Origin: Callorhinchus milii
Taxonomy: Eukaryota
Length of the DNA stretch: 34,770 nt
Direction of reading: 5' to 3'
Assembly (NCBI RefSeq): GCF_018977255.1
Contig: NW_024705553.1
Location: 1-34,770, forward strand
The notes beneath the pieces were generated by a model, which was not told where the DNA came from, made no database searches, and saw nothing but the letters and a program-made list of their open reading frames with translations. A program made the translations under genes and the position numbers. This document shows positions 11,143 through 22,799 of the stretch, in pieces (the stretch's first letter is position 1; every line of letters begins with the position of its first letter).

Positions 11143-11728
11143 TGTAGGGGTGTTAAAGAGAGGGCCCGTTATGCATGGCAGCCTATGGAAAACAAACACA
11201 GTGGGCGGGGCTACGTAAGTGCACGAGGAAGTGCCCTCTACGACGTCCGAGCCAGACACCCTGGGGGGGGCTGGTTCGAACGTTATGATCCCCCGGGGCC
11301 CCACCCCTCAGGGAGGGGTTGGGTATAAAAGGGGATGTTCAAAGGGCTCGGCAGTTATGTTTAAGCTAAGGGAAGAAGACTGAAGACGTCTTAGATAGAG
11401 CCCTGGACTCCCCTAGTTCGATGTCCTTTTCAGGGCCGGACAGGACTGAGCCAGCGGCGTGGTCCCGAAAGCCAGAGCCGGTGCTCTTGTAAGAGCTGGT
11501 CTGGAACTCCGGGTACCGGGCCCGACTTACCAGTGTCGGGCCAGTTAGCCTCCCCTAGCCCATTAGTGGAGGATTCGGGGCTAGGACAGAGTTAGCTAGG
11601 GGTGTATCCCGAGTTATACGGGTGAGGGGGCCGATACCCCCTCGAGTGTGTATATGCCCACTGTCGTATTGTGAAATAAATATACGTGTGCCTCAACCTC
11701 GGCGTCAAGCGTCCTCACCGGTACTTCA
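11143..11728 (+). repeat. Gypsy A 5' LTR
   Basis: TG...CA ends; TATAAAA 11324-11330; AATAAA 11675-11680; near-identical to 17422-18008. Confidence 0.97.
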
Positions 11729-11730
11729 AC

Positions 11731-11743
11731 TGGTGTCAGAAGT
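11731..11743 (+). promoter_or_regulatory. Primer binding site, probably tRNA-Leu
   Basis: TGGTGTCAGAAGT 2 nt after the LTR, complementary to the tRNA-Leu 3' end. Confidence 0.85.
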
Positions 11744-11752
11744 AATTCGAAC

Positions 11753-13180
11753 ATGGACACGCGGAAAACAGCGCGGGCCAAAGTACCGCAGGAGGAAGAC
11801 ACTGCCGAGATCGTCGAGCCCGAGACGGCTCCACAAGACAAGGTGCAGCCGGGGCCTGACGCCTCCTTACCGGGGCATCGAAATGAAGAGGGGCCGCAGC
11901 CAGACGCGTTACGGCTGGCTCACGGGAGGCTGGCGGAGCTGCTGTATGCCGCTGCCGCCACGCTGGAGACCATCACGCGACTAGGGGCCGGTGATCCAAC
12001 ACGGGGCGAGGCGAGCCAACGACCAGGGCGCCTTCCCGCCATTTCGGAGCAGTCCGAATTTGAAATTCCCGCCATCGACGCTACAGCTGTTCGGGGCGTG
12101 GCCAGCCTAGACATCCGCTCCGACATCGCCGTCGCTGAAGCTGCAACGTCATCACAAGCGCGACAGGCGATCCCATCGGCCGTTCGCACCGACGCACAGC
12201 CGAGTGGTGGTGACATCAGCCTGCGGGAGTCCACAACGACCGCTGCGCTTCATCAGAGACTGCCCCCGCTGAAGGAGTTCATCGGCGCGGAGGGGACTGG
12301 GCCGGTTTTCGCCGACGTTTCCTCGCCCATCAGGAGATGGCGAAATGGTCCGATGAGGAGGCTCTCTGCGCGCTGCCGGCGCTCCTCGACGGCGACGCGC
12401 TCGCCGCCCTCACATCGGCGCCGAGAGAGAAGCGGTCTACGTTACCGATGGCACTACAGCTGCTGGGCGGGGTCTATGGACCATCGGCTGAATGCCGACA
12501 GCAATTTTACGACCGCAAGCGGGGTGAGAAGGAGTCGCCCCTAGCATATCGGACGAGCCTCCTGGCGATGGCTAAGTCGGCCTTCCCTCGTATGGACGAC
12601 GACGGCGTGGACGCGATGGTCACGGAGAAATCCTCCTCCTGGCAGACGACCTTGACATCGCGGTCGTCGCCCGGGAGGACGAGGAGATGACATCGCTCCA
12701 GGCGGCGCGGCTCCTCCACGCCAACCTCCTGTCACTGCGGCGGAAAGCCAGCAGGGCATCGGCGGGGCGTGCGGTGGCTGCAGCCACCATTCCGACGGAG
12801 GAGCTCTACGCCGTCGACCACCGACCGCAACAGGCGACAGGAGCACGGTCGGGCCGGGACGGGCCGGGCCGTTCAACCATCCGTCTCCTCCAACGGCGCT
12901 CCCGCGGTGTTTCAACTGCGGCGTCCGGGGCCACGTCGCCTCGGGGTGCCGCGCTCCTCGACAGCGCGGGACGACACCTCAACGGGACGACGGGCCTCAT
13001 CACAAGCTCCACCATCATAACCCGGCGAGTCGCGGCACCCCACATGTTTGGCCCACGCACACACCCGTCACGCACTCAAACACCGCAACGAGAGGGGGGC
13101 CGATATCGCGCACCATCGCACCATCACGCACCACCCGGGTACTCATATCGAACCCGGCCAGTGGTCCGTGCTGGCCGATC
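11753..13180 (+). pseudogene. gag: Gypsy A Gag, frameshifted
   Basis: ATG 11753; capsid-like AKWSDEEALCALPALLDG...ESPLAYR; zinc knuckle CFNCGVRGHVASGC at 12908-12949. Confidence 0.88.
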
Positions 13181-13650
13181 GTGTGGTAGCCGCATCGTCG
13201 GGGTCGTCGGCCGTTGTGGGGCACATCGACGGGGTTGAAGTGCGCATCCTGGTCGATACGGGAGCATCGGCGACCATTATTTCGGAGTTGATTTACAATA
13301 TTCTCCCTGTCCGGAGTCGTCCTTTGATGCCTGTTAACGTACCATTCTATGCGGCTAACGGGGGCTCACTTGGCATCATCGGACAAATTCGTGCCCAAAT
13401 TTGTATTGGGGAAATTAAATTGTCTGGGCCGATTTTTGTTTCCTCCTCGCTGGCGGTTCCGTGCCTGCTGGGGACGGACTTCCTGGCCAAAATGCCGATT
13501 AGGATATTGATCGACCAGGGATGTATTGAGCTCCCGTCGGGCAGACGCATGGCGTTTCTGCCATCGCCTGTTACGACTCGGACGGCGTTCGCGACGGTGC
13601 CGGCATTCGTAGAGAGAACGGTGCGCGTCCCTCCGGGGCGCAAATGTTGA
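13181..13650 (+). CDS. Gypsy A aspartic protease
   Basis: VRILVDTGASATIIS and CLLGTDFL motifs in ORF 13048-13650. Confidence 0.92.
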
Positions 13651-16600
13651 TTCCCTTGAAACTTCGGCGGCCCTTCGCTAAGGGTGTTGGGGCCCAAGGG
13701 GTTCTGCTGGGGCCGTCTAGGGCCGGGGTTAGTGGACCTCATTTACTTCCGGCCCAGACCATAGTAAGAGGGGACGGTGAACCCTTCATCGCGGTCCTCA
13801 ATGTGGGCTCGCAGACGGTGGTGGTCCCACAGGGGACCGTGCTTGCTCACGCAACGCCGGTGCCATGTGAGGAACCCGTCGCAAATCACGTCAGCGTTGT
13901 CCCTGCGCCGCGACCGCATTCGGACAGCGATGAAGGGTGGCTCGAGGCGCTTTGTGCGGGATCGACGGACCTGTCAGATTCAGAGCGTCAACAACTTAAA
14001 ACACTACTGCGGGAATTTTCCGACGTTTTTAGTCGGAATAAATACGATTTGGGTTGTACTCACCTGCTGCGTCACCATATTGACACGGGTGACAGCGCGC
14101 CAATTCGCCAAAATCCGTTTCGGTTGAGTCCCGCCGAAAAGGACCATGTCAAATCGGCTGTTGATGACATGTTGGCCGCCGACATCATTTCTCCTTCCAC
14201 CAGCCCTTGGGGAGCGCCGATCGTCCTGGTTAAAAAGCAGGACGGTTCGTTGCGGTTTTGCGTTGATTTCCGGCGTCTTAACAAAATTTCGGTTGCCGAC
14301 GCATACCCGCTCCCTCGGATGGATGAATCGCTGGACGCCTTGGCGGGAGCGCGATTCTTTTCCACACTGGATTTACTTTCGGGATTCTGGCAGCTTCCTC
14401 TGGACGATGATTCAAAGCCTAAAACTGCTTTCCGTACACCGCACGGCCTGTTCCAATTCAACCGGTTGCCGATGGGCTTACACTCAGCGCCGGCAACTTT
14501 CCAGCGTTTGATGGAATTGGTTTTGGCTGGATTGCAATGGGAGTCGTGCCTCATTTATTTGGATGACGTTATCGTCTTTAGTAAAACTTTTGACGAACAT
14601 CTCCAGAGGTTGCGGGCGGTTTTCCTAAAGATGCGGGCTGCTAATTTGAAATTCAAGCCCCAAAAATGCCATTTGTTGCGCGATTCGGTGCGTTATTTGG
14701 GGCACATCGTGGGACGCTCAGGTATTGCTACCGATCCCGCCAAAACGCAGTGTGTCAGCTCCTGGCCGACTCCCACCTCGGTGGGAGAGGTCAGGAGTTT
14801 CATTGGGTTCGCGTCGTATTACCGACGGTTCGTCGCTGATTTTGCGACAATTGCAAAACCCCTGCACGCTTTAACATCTAAAGGGGTTCGGTTCCACTGG
14901 GGTCAAGAGGAGGAGGCTGCTTTCTGCTCCCTTCGGGACGCCCTGGTAAAAGCCCCTCCCTTGATTTACCCAGATTTTTCTAAGCCCTTTTTGCTCGACA
15001 CCGATGCGAGCAACACGGGTATTGGGGGTGTGCTTTCCCAGGTGGTTGATGGCGTGGAACGGGTGGTCGCGTACGGTAGTCGGGTGTTGTCTCCTGCGGA
15101 GCAAAGATATTGTGTCACCCGTAGGGAACTGTTGGCAATTGTCTATTTCATCCAACAGTATCGCCCATATCTGTACGGTCGGCATTTCACCGTCCGCACA
15201 GATCATGCGGCACTACAGTATGCCCTGCGAGTTCAACAACCATCGGGACAGTTGTCTCGATGGTTGGAGGTTCTCCAGGACTTTGATTTTGAAACCACCT
15301 ACCGTAAGGGCGTTCGCCATACGAATGCGGACGCTCTGTCGCGCATGCCAACCACCTCCGAATGTGCATGCCTCCTGGGGTCGGGACGTTGCAGGCCTTC
15401 AGGGGACGCATCGGTTCCGATCTTGGCAGCCACCGACGACGACGAACCATTGGTTACTAATTCGATCGAACAACAGGGAAGAGATTCCCTGTTGGGGTTG
15501 CCCGTCACTGAATGGGGGCGCCTCCAAATGGAGGATACCTCCCTCCTCGGGTGGCGTCGTCGCGTCGGGGGTGCTGGGCGGGTGAAGGGTGATTCGGATG
15601 CATGGGAAATGGTGCAAGGTCTGCTGATGCATTGGGACGGCAAATCCCAGCGACATCGGCTGGTGGTCCCTTCTGGGTTGCGAGGCAAGGTGGTGTGGGC
15701 CGCGCATGAGCGCCTATTACACCTGGGGACCCAAAAGACTCTTGCACTGCTACAACTTGATTTTTTTTGGCCTGGCATGACGAGGGATGTTGGGGATCTA
15801 TTGGGATCATGCCCTCGGTGTGCGCAACGGAAACCGCCGGCGCGGGAGTCTAACCCGCCCTTGCAATCGATCAAAGTGTCCAGAATAAATGAGCTTGTCG
15901 CGCTGGACATTTTGGGCCCATTTCCCGCCACCCCCAGGGGCAATAGGTATTTGTTGACTGGTGTCGAGTATTTTACACGCTGGCCTATGGCCTGGCCCCT
16001 TGCCAACCAGTCGGCAGCAGCCATCGTGGAGGCCTTTGTTCAGGGATACGTCCTGGACAAAGGTGCTCCGGAGCGGCTGCTGACCGACCAGGGCAGAAAT
16101 TTTTCCGGTAAATTACTCAAACAAGTCTGTGACCTCCTAGGCACGAAGAAAATTCGTACCTCCCCGTATCACCCGCAAACTGAGGGATGGTCGAGCGCCT
16201 GCATCGCACCATTACGTCAATGATGTCACAGCAGGTCTCGGACTCACAGACTGACTGGGACCTGCATATTCAAGGGGTCTTGGCGGCATACCGGATGGCA
16301 CCCCATGCAGCTACGGGATTTTCCCCCTTTTACCTCATGTACGGTCGCGAACCCGACCCGCCTGTTCGCGCCCAGCTGCAGATCCCCGAGCCGCAAGGGA
16401 AAACTAAATTGGCTGACCACGTCAAATTTAATCTGGCCAAATTAACAGAGGCGCGGGATGCTGCAATGCTAAACTCGGACCTCCGTCAAAAGGCGAATGA
16501 GCGCCTCAGGCTGGGTCGGGCGCACATGATACAGTGGAAGCCGGGGGACAAGGCATGGCTGCACTGTCCCCAAGTGCCACTGGCTACCTCCTCTAAGCTG

Positions 16601-17014
16601 GTGCGGCCGTGGCGGGGCCCTGTGGAGGTGGTCGAAGTTTTGCGACCACAGTGCGTGCGCATTAAATGGGGGAAGCGGCGATGGTTCGTGCACCCCTCTA
16701 GGTTAAAACCCTTCGTTGCGGTACACAAACCCACTTCACACATGCGTGGCCAAACGTGTGGGGGGTCGACCGACTCATTGGGTCCGTCTCCGTCGTTCTC
16801 ACCTAATGCCTTGCCGGCCGTGCCACCTCCAGGTGCATCAGGACTGACGGGCTCACGCCCGACCACCCCTCCTGGGGATACCGACGGTCGCGCGGCATCG
16901 GATGAGGACTCACTCCGGGACGGACAATTGCCACCTGACGGTCCGCCACCCGGGGTTACCCCGTGTGAGGGGCCCGCTGCAAGGACGCGCGCAAAAATGC
17001 GCAGACTGTTATGA
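13644..17014 (+). CDS. pol: Gypsy A Pol: RT, RNase H, integrase (one frameshift near 16185)
   Basis: RFCVDFRRLN, YLDDV, TDASNTGIG, ADALSR, HHCC zinc finger, integrase catalytic motifs (ALDILGP, TDQG, VERLH) and GPY/F-like PWRGP. Confidence 0.96.
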
Positions 17015-17025
17015 GGCCGGAAGAT

Positions 17026-17212
17026 GTGTACATAGGTTGTGTTCATCGTGTGTTGTGTGGGTGGTGTGTTCCCTGCCCATTGAATGTACATATGTTGGGT
17101 TCATTGTGTGTTGTGTGGGTGGTGTGTTCCCTGCCCATTGAAATGTACATACGTTGGGTTCACCTGGTGTTGTGTGTATGGTGGGTTCCCTGCAAATTGT
17201 ATATAGGTTGTT
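17026..17212 (+). repeat. About 58-bp GT-rich tandem triplication in Gypsy A 3' UTR
   Basis: TGTACATA.GTTG.GTTCA...GTGTTGTGTG...GTTCCCTGC occurs three times. Confidence 0.85.
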
Positions 17213-17406
17213 TTTTTTACGGAATTCGTATTTATTCAAGGGGGGTGCGTCGGGTTGTTTTCTCTTCTTGCTGTTGCATTTTGTTGTGTTCTTGTTGCTG
17301 TTCTTGTTATTGTTGAAAAATAGTGAGGCACACGCGCGGTCAAGGTGTAAATGCACTTTTATTGTCATTTTTGTATGTTGGCAGCCGGGACGGCTGCAAG
17401 CTATGC

Positions 17407-17421
17407 GGGGGGGGGGGGTGA
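17407..17421 (+). promoter_or_regulatory. Polypurine tract of Gypsy A
   Basis: Run of 12 G just upstream of the 3' LTR. Confidence 0.85.
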
Positions 17422-18008
17422 TGTAGGGGTGTTAAAGAGAGGGCCCGTTATGCATGGCAGCCTATGGAAAACAAACACAGTGGGCGGGGCTACGTAAGTG
17501 CACGAGGAGGTGCCCTCTACGACGTCCGAGCCAGACACCCTGGGGGGGCTGGTTCGAACGTTATGATCCCCCGGGGCCCCACCCCTCAGGGAGGGGTTGG
17601 GTATAAAAGGGGATGTTCAAAGGGCTCGAGTCAGTTATGTTTAAGCTAAGGGAAGAAGACTGAAGACGTCTTAGATAGAGCCCTGGACTCCCCTAGTTCG
17701 ATGTCCTTTTCAGGGCCGGACAGGACTGAGCCAGCGGCGTGGTCCCGAAAGCCAGAGCCGGTGCTCTTGTAAGAGCTGGTCTGGAACTCCGGGTACCGGG
17801 CCCGACTTACCAGTGTCGGGCCAGTTAGCCTCCCCTAGCCCATTAGTGGAGGATTCGGGGCTAGGACAGAGTTAGCTAGGGGTGTATCCCGAGTTATACG
17901 GGTGAGGGGGCCGATACCCCCTCGAGTGTGTATATGCCCACTGTCGTATTGTGAAATAAATATACGTGTGCCTCAACCTCGGCGTCAAGCGTCTTCACCG
18001 GTACTTCA
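17422..18008 (+). repeat. Gypsy A 3' LTR
   Basis: Matches the 5' LTR with about 2 substitutions and 3 indel bases by eye. Confidence 0.97.
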
Positions 18009-19493
<1,485 letters not shown>

Positions 19494-19515
19494 CCGTAGA
19501 GGTGGAATAACATAG

Positions 19516-19660
19516 GATTGAAGCTTTCGTGACTGCAGAAATTACTGTACTCATTGGTTTTTCGGTAAAGTCACATATGTAGAAATCAAATAAAATGTAA
19601 CTAAATAAAATAAAATTAAAATAAATCACGACGTTTCGAACACAAGCGATCATCACACAG
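19516..19660 (-). mobile_element. Solo PLE pLTR fragment with degenerate hammerhead
   Basis: Minus strand TGATGATCGCTTGTGTT-CGAAACGTCGTG (helix II partly deleted), AT tract, GTGACTTTACCGAAAAACCAA and tail CTGCAGTCACGAAAGCTT. Boundaries approximate. Confidence 0.75.
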
Positions 19661-19978
19661 CAAGGGAACACACAGGGGGACACCAAGCACGCAGTCCAGT
19701 GCTACATCCGTACGTGACGTCACTGCAAAAAAGGCCCCCCGCTTATTAATAATCATGAGCGGGTGGATTATTACACTACCCCAGGTCGAGCGGAGACACA
19801 TTTTAAAGCAAATTCTCTTTAAATTTGACGTTTCTTTATTGAAATGTTATCAAAATAAATAATTCTACGCAGCAACAAAGTGATTTTGGTGTCTTAGTTT
19901 ATTTCTCCAGCACTTGAAACAAAAGGTAAATAAAATGTTTGCTTCTAAATTATGATAAAACTAAACAAACGCTGGCGA

Positions 19979-20802
19979 TCAATTCCATACACCCAGCCAT
20001 CAGATTCACCATGGAAGTCGAAAAAGATGGCAAGCTACCCTTTTTGGATGTCCTAATTAAAAGGAGACCTGATGGTGCAATGAGTCACTCTGTCTACAGG
20101 AAAGCTACCCATACGGATGCTTACCTAAAACCGGATTCCCACCACCATCCATCCCAGAAGAATTCCCTCATCAAGACTCTACACCATAGAGCCCAATGCA
20201 TCTCCGACCAGGAACACATTGCCAGTGAACTCAAGCACGTACGCCAAGTTCTTAAGGCTAATGGTTACTCCGACTACACAATCCGCAAAGCCATCACTCC
20301 AACCATCAAGAAGGATTCGGTTGAGGAGCTATTCAAAACCATCACCTTACCCTACATTGCGGGGGTCACAAAAAAGATCTCCAAAATTCTGAATAAACAC
20401 AAGATCCAGGTCCGATTCAACACAGTACATAAAATCCGTGATCTGGTACCGTCTGTAAAAGATGTAATTTCAGACATACAGTACCCTGGCGTCTACAAAC
20501 TAAGTTGCCTCTGTGGTAGCAGTTACATTGGAGGAACCAAACGACATGCCTCGGACTGCATCCGTGAACATAAAGCAGACCTGAAACACGGTAGGACAAA
20601 CACCTCAGCCGTGGCAGATCACGGTTACAATTCAGTGGGTTCACATGACATTGACTTCTCCAAGACAGAGGTTCTCTGCAAGCCATCTGGCTGCCATCAG
20701 AGATTCGTTCATGAGGCGATCCACATATACAATTTCAACCGAGAAGATGGATTCTGGCTCAGCAATCATTGGAAGGACGTAATAAACCATTTCGGATCTT
20801 AA
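19979..20802 (+). CDS. PLE RT C-terminus plus GIY-YIG endonuclease (open but 5'-truncated)
   Basis: ORF 19939-20802: FTMEVEKDGKLPFLDV, YRKATHT, SHHHPSQK, LPYI, GVYKLSCLCGSSYIG, SAVADH, NREDG. Confidence 0.92.
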
Positions 20803-21704
20803 CTGATTGTGTTCACGTTTACGGTGACTTTCAGACCGCATTCCACTAACTGGCATTGACTATATATATTTTGTATTCTCCGCAGGGAATGGAGTCTTTG
20901 CTCTGCTGCAAGTCCCCTGCCACCACTCTCACAATGACATATTTTGTTGCTTCCTCTTAGTACCTTTCATGCGACAGTCAATGGTATAGTGTTTAGCAGA
21001 TTGTATAATAATAAATAGTATAAAAGTGTAATGTTTAATATAATGTATAAGGTAATATATAGTATCGTAATTGTATAGTGAATATACAGCAGTGTGGTAT
21101 ACAGTAGGGTGGGTAGAATAATACATAGTGTAATATTACAATGTATAGTCTAAGGTATAGGGTGGTGTATAGTAATGCAGTATATAATTTAATTTTGGGT
21201 TTGTCTATAGCAGTATATAGTATGGGGTAGATCCGTGTGATTTAAGGAAAAGTTTAGCTGGAGGCATATTATATTTTTTGCGACATAGAATTGTAATGTA
21301 TGACTTACTGTTCGTAGTTCAGCTTATTGGAGAGTATATTTAGTATATTGATGATATTGATGTAGTTTATATTTCAGTTTTTTACGTGGTGGTTTGGCTG
21401 CTGCAGCTCCTTACTATTAAAATTCCTTCCCTTTATTACTGTTAGCCCTACCTCCTCCCTTTGTTGCTGCTAATCCTACATAATGCACGGGCATAATATG
21501 ACTTTGAGACCCCCCGCACCTCCTACGATTTTTTACGAGTAGTGACTAATCCCATATCTGCATTTTCCATAAATATGCTATATTCCTCTGTTGATATGCA
21601 AATTCCTTTGTCAAGGCGCCCTTCCTCCCATAACCCAGCTTAAATATACGCTGCCAAGCTTGGTGGTGTTCATTCAGACGCTGTCTTTCCGACAGACCTG
21701 TTCT

Positions 21705-21747
21705 TCAGCTGAGGACGGCTGCTTGCATTGTGGCCGAAACGTCGTGA
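21705..21747 (+). ncRNA. Minimal type-I hammerhead ribozyme in PLE copy 2 pLTR
   Basis: tcag-CTGAGGA-c-ggctgc[ttgcatt]gtggcc-GAAAC-GTC-gtga; helix II kept with G-U pairs; first helix I pair mismatched. Confidence 0.75.
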
Positions 21748-21864
21748 GAATTGTATTTTATTATGTTTTATTTATTTTATTTTATTATTTCCCTTCTACG
21801 TGACTTTATCGAAAGAACCAAGAAGATAAATCCCTGCAGTCACGAAAGCTTTAAATCGAAATTT

Positions 21865-22184
21865 AAACGCTGGCGAGTTGTGGAACAAGCATTCACTTGA
21901 CATGTCGCTAGATTATCTATGGCTTCATGACAAAAATGTTGCATTTAACATGGCTCTGCACGACATCAACGTGATTCTCAAACAATATGGATTATCTTGC
22001 GCATCAATTGGTATTCTGCAACCGATAGGACATCCAATCCGATGCTCAGCTATACGACGCATTGCAAGAAAAACAAGAAGCTGAAACGAGAATTTGCTCC
22101 CTTAATGGGCAACAGTTTGAAGCTTTCACAGCAATAATGAGAGCCGTCGACGATGAGCATGTCAATAACAGACTTTTCTACTTA
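21865..22184 (+). pseudogene. Helitron RepHel fragment upstream of helicase motif I
   Basis: NAGELWNKHSLDMSLDY...ALHDINVILKQYG...SLNGQQFEAFTAIM...RLFYL, joining DGHDGSGSTFLY at 28801. Confidence 0.85.
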
Positions 22185-22780
22185 TGTAATGCGAGCGTAA
22201 ATAGGGTTTGCTGCTGGGCTCTGGCCCAATCACGCGGCCCGGGGTATTGGGGGGCGGAGCCCGGTATGGGGGCGTGTGGGAGGGGCCGCCGTTCACCTCG
22301 GCTCCAATGGGAAGCGAGGTGAATGGGGGTGGAGCCAGCAGGGCAATATGGGAAGGCCGGATCTGACGATCCAGAAGGGGAAGAGTCAGGGTCACGTGAG
22401 GGAGAGGATATAAGTGGGAGCCCGGAAGAGATCGGGGGAGTTGCGGGAGTTAAGAGGCTGAGCCACGTTGCGTGGTGAGAGGAGATCCGCACCATCGGCT
22501 ACGTGGCCGAAGGACCTTCAGCACGCCATCGGCCAGCGGTGTGCGGAGTGCGGGAGTGGAGGAGCTAACGGAGGAGCATGCGTGGGCACGCGCGAGGAGA
22601 CGCTGGTCCCTTGTCAGGACCAGCTGGGTGTGAGGAAGAGTAAAGGAGCTGATGAGGGAGCGCGTGCGGGGCGCGCGCGAGACGACGCTGGTCCGCGGAC
22701 AGGACCAGCGGGGTGCGGAGAAAGAACCCAAATTAAAGACCAACGGAGACCAGCAGTGCCTGACGGAGTCTTTTATTACA
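22185..22780 (+). repeat. Gypsy B 5' LTR
   Basis: TGTAAT...ATTACA inverted ends; internal ~84-bp duplication starting at 22561 and 22645. Confidence 0.95.
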
Positions 22781-22799
22781 CTGGGGTCAGAAGTGCGAG

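Larger units (their letters stand above)
11143..18008 (+). mobile_element. Full-length Ty3/Gypsy LTR retrotransposon (Gypsy A, young)
   Basis: Two ~587-bp LTRs, PBS, gag-PR-RT-RH-IN order, PPT; no env or chromodomain seen. Confidence 0.97.
19979..21864 (+). mobile_element. 5'-truncated Penelope-like element (PLE copy 2)
   Basis: RT thumb plus GIY-YIG ORF, long AT-rich 3' UTR, hammerhead, tail; TSD AAACGCTGGCGA at 19967-19978 and 21865-21876. Confidence 0.92.

Noticed and set aside
11380..11475. Hammerhead in the Gypsy A LTR (CTGAAGA ... CGAAAG)
   Set aside because: No helix II, or helix I/III pairing around an NUH, could be built.
17011..17426. env-like hydrophobic ORFs after pol
   Set aside because: Short products of GT-rich tandem repeats and low complexity; no signal peptide, furin site or ectodomain.
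20980..21380. TA/GTA-rich tract as a separate element
   Set aside because: Low-complexity sequence inside the TSD-bounded PLE 3' UTR with no clear period.
19516..21864. Single PLE with inverted 5' pLTR starting at 19516
   Set aside because: The TSD at 19967-19978 bounds PLE copy 2, and the two pLTRs have different helix II sequences, so they are separate insertions.
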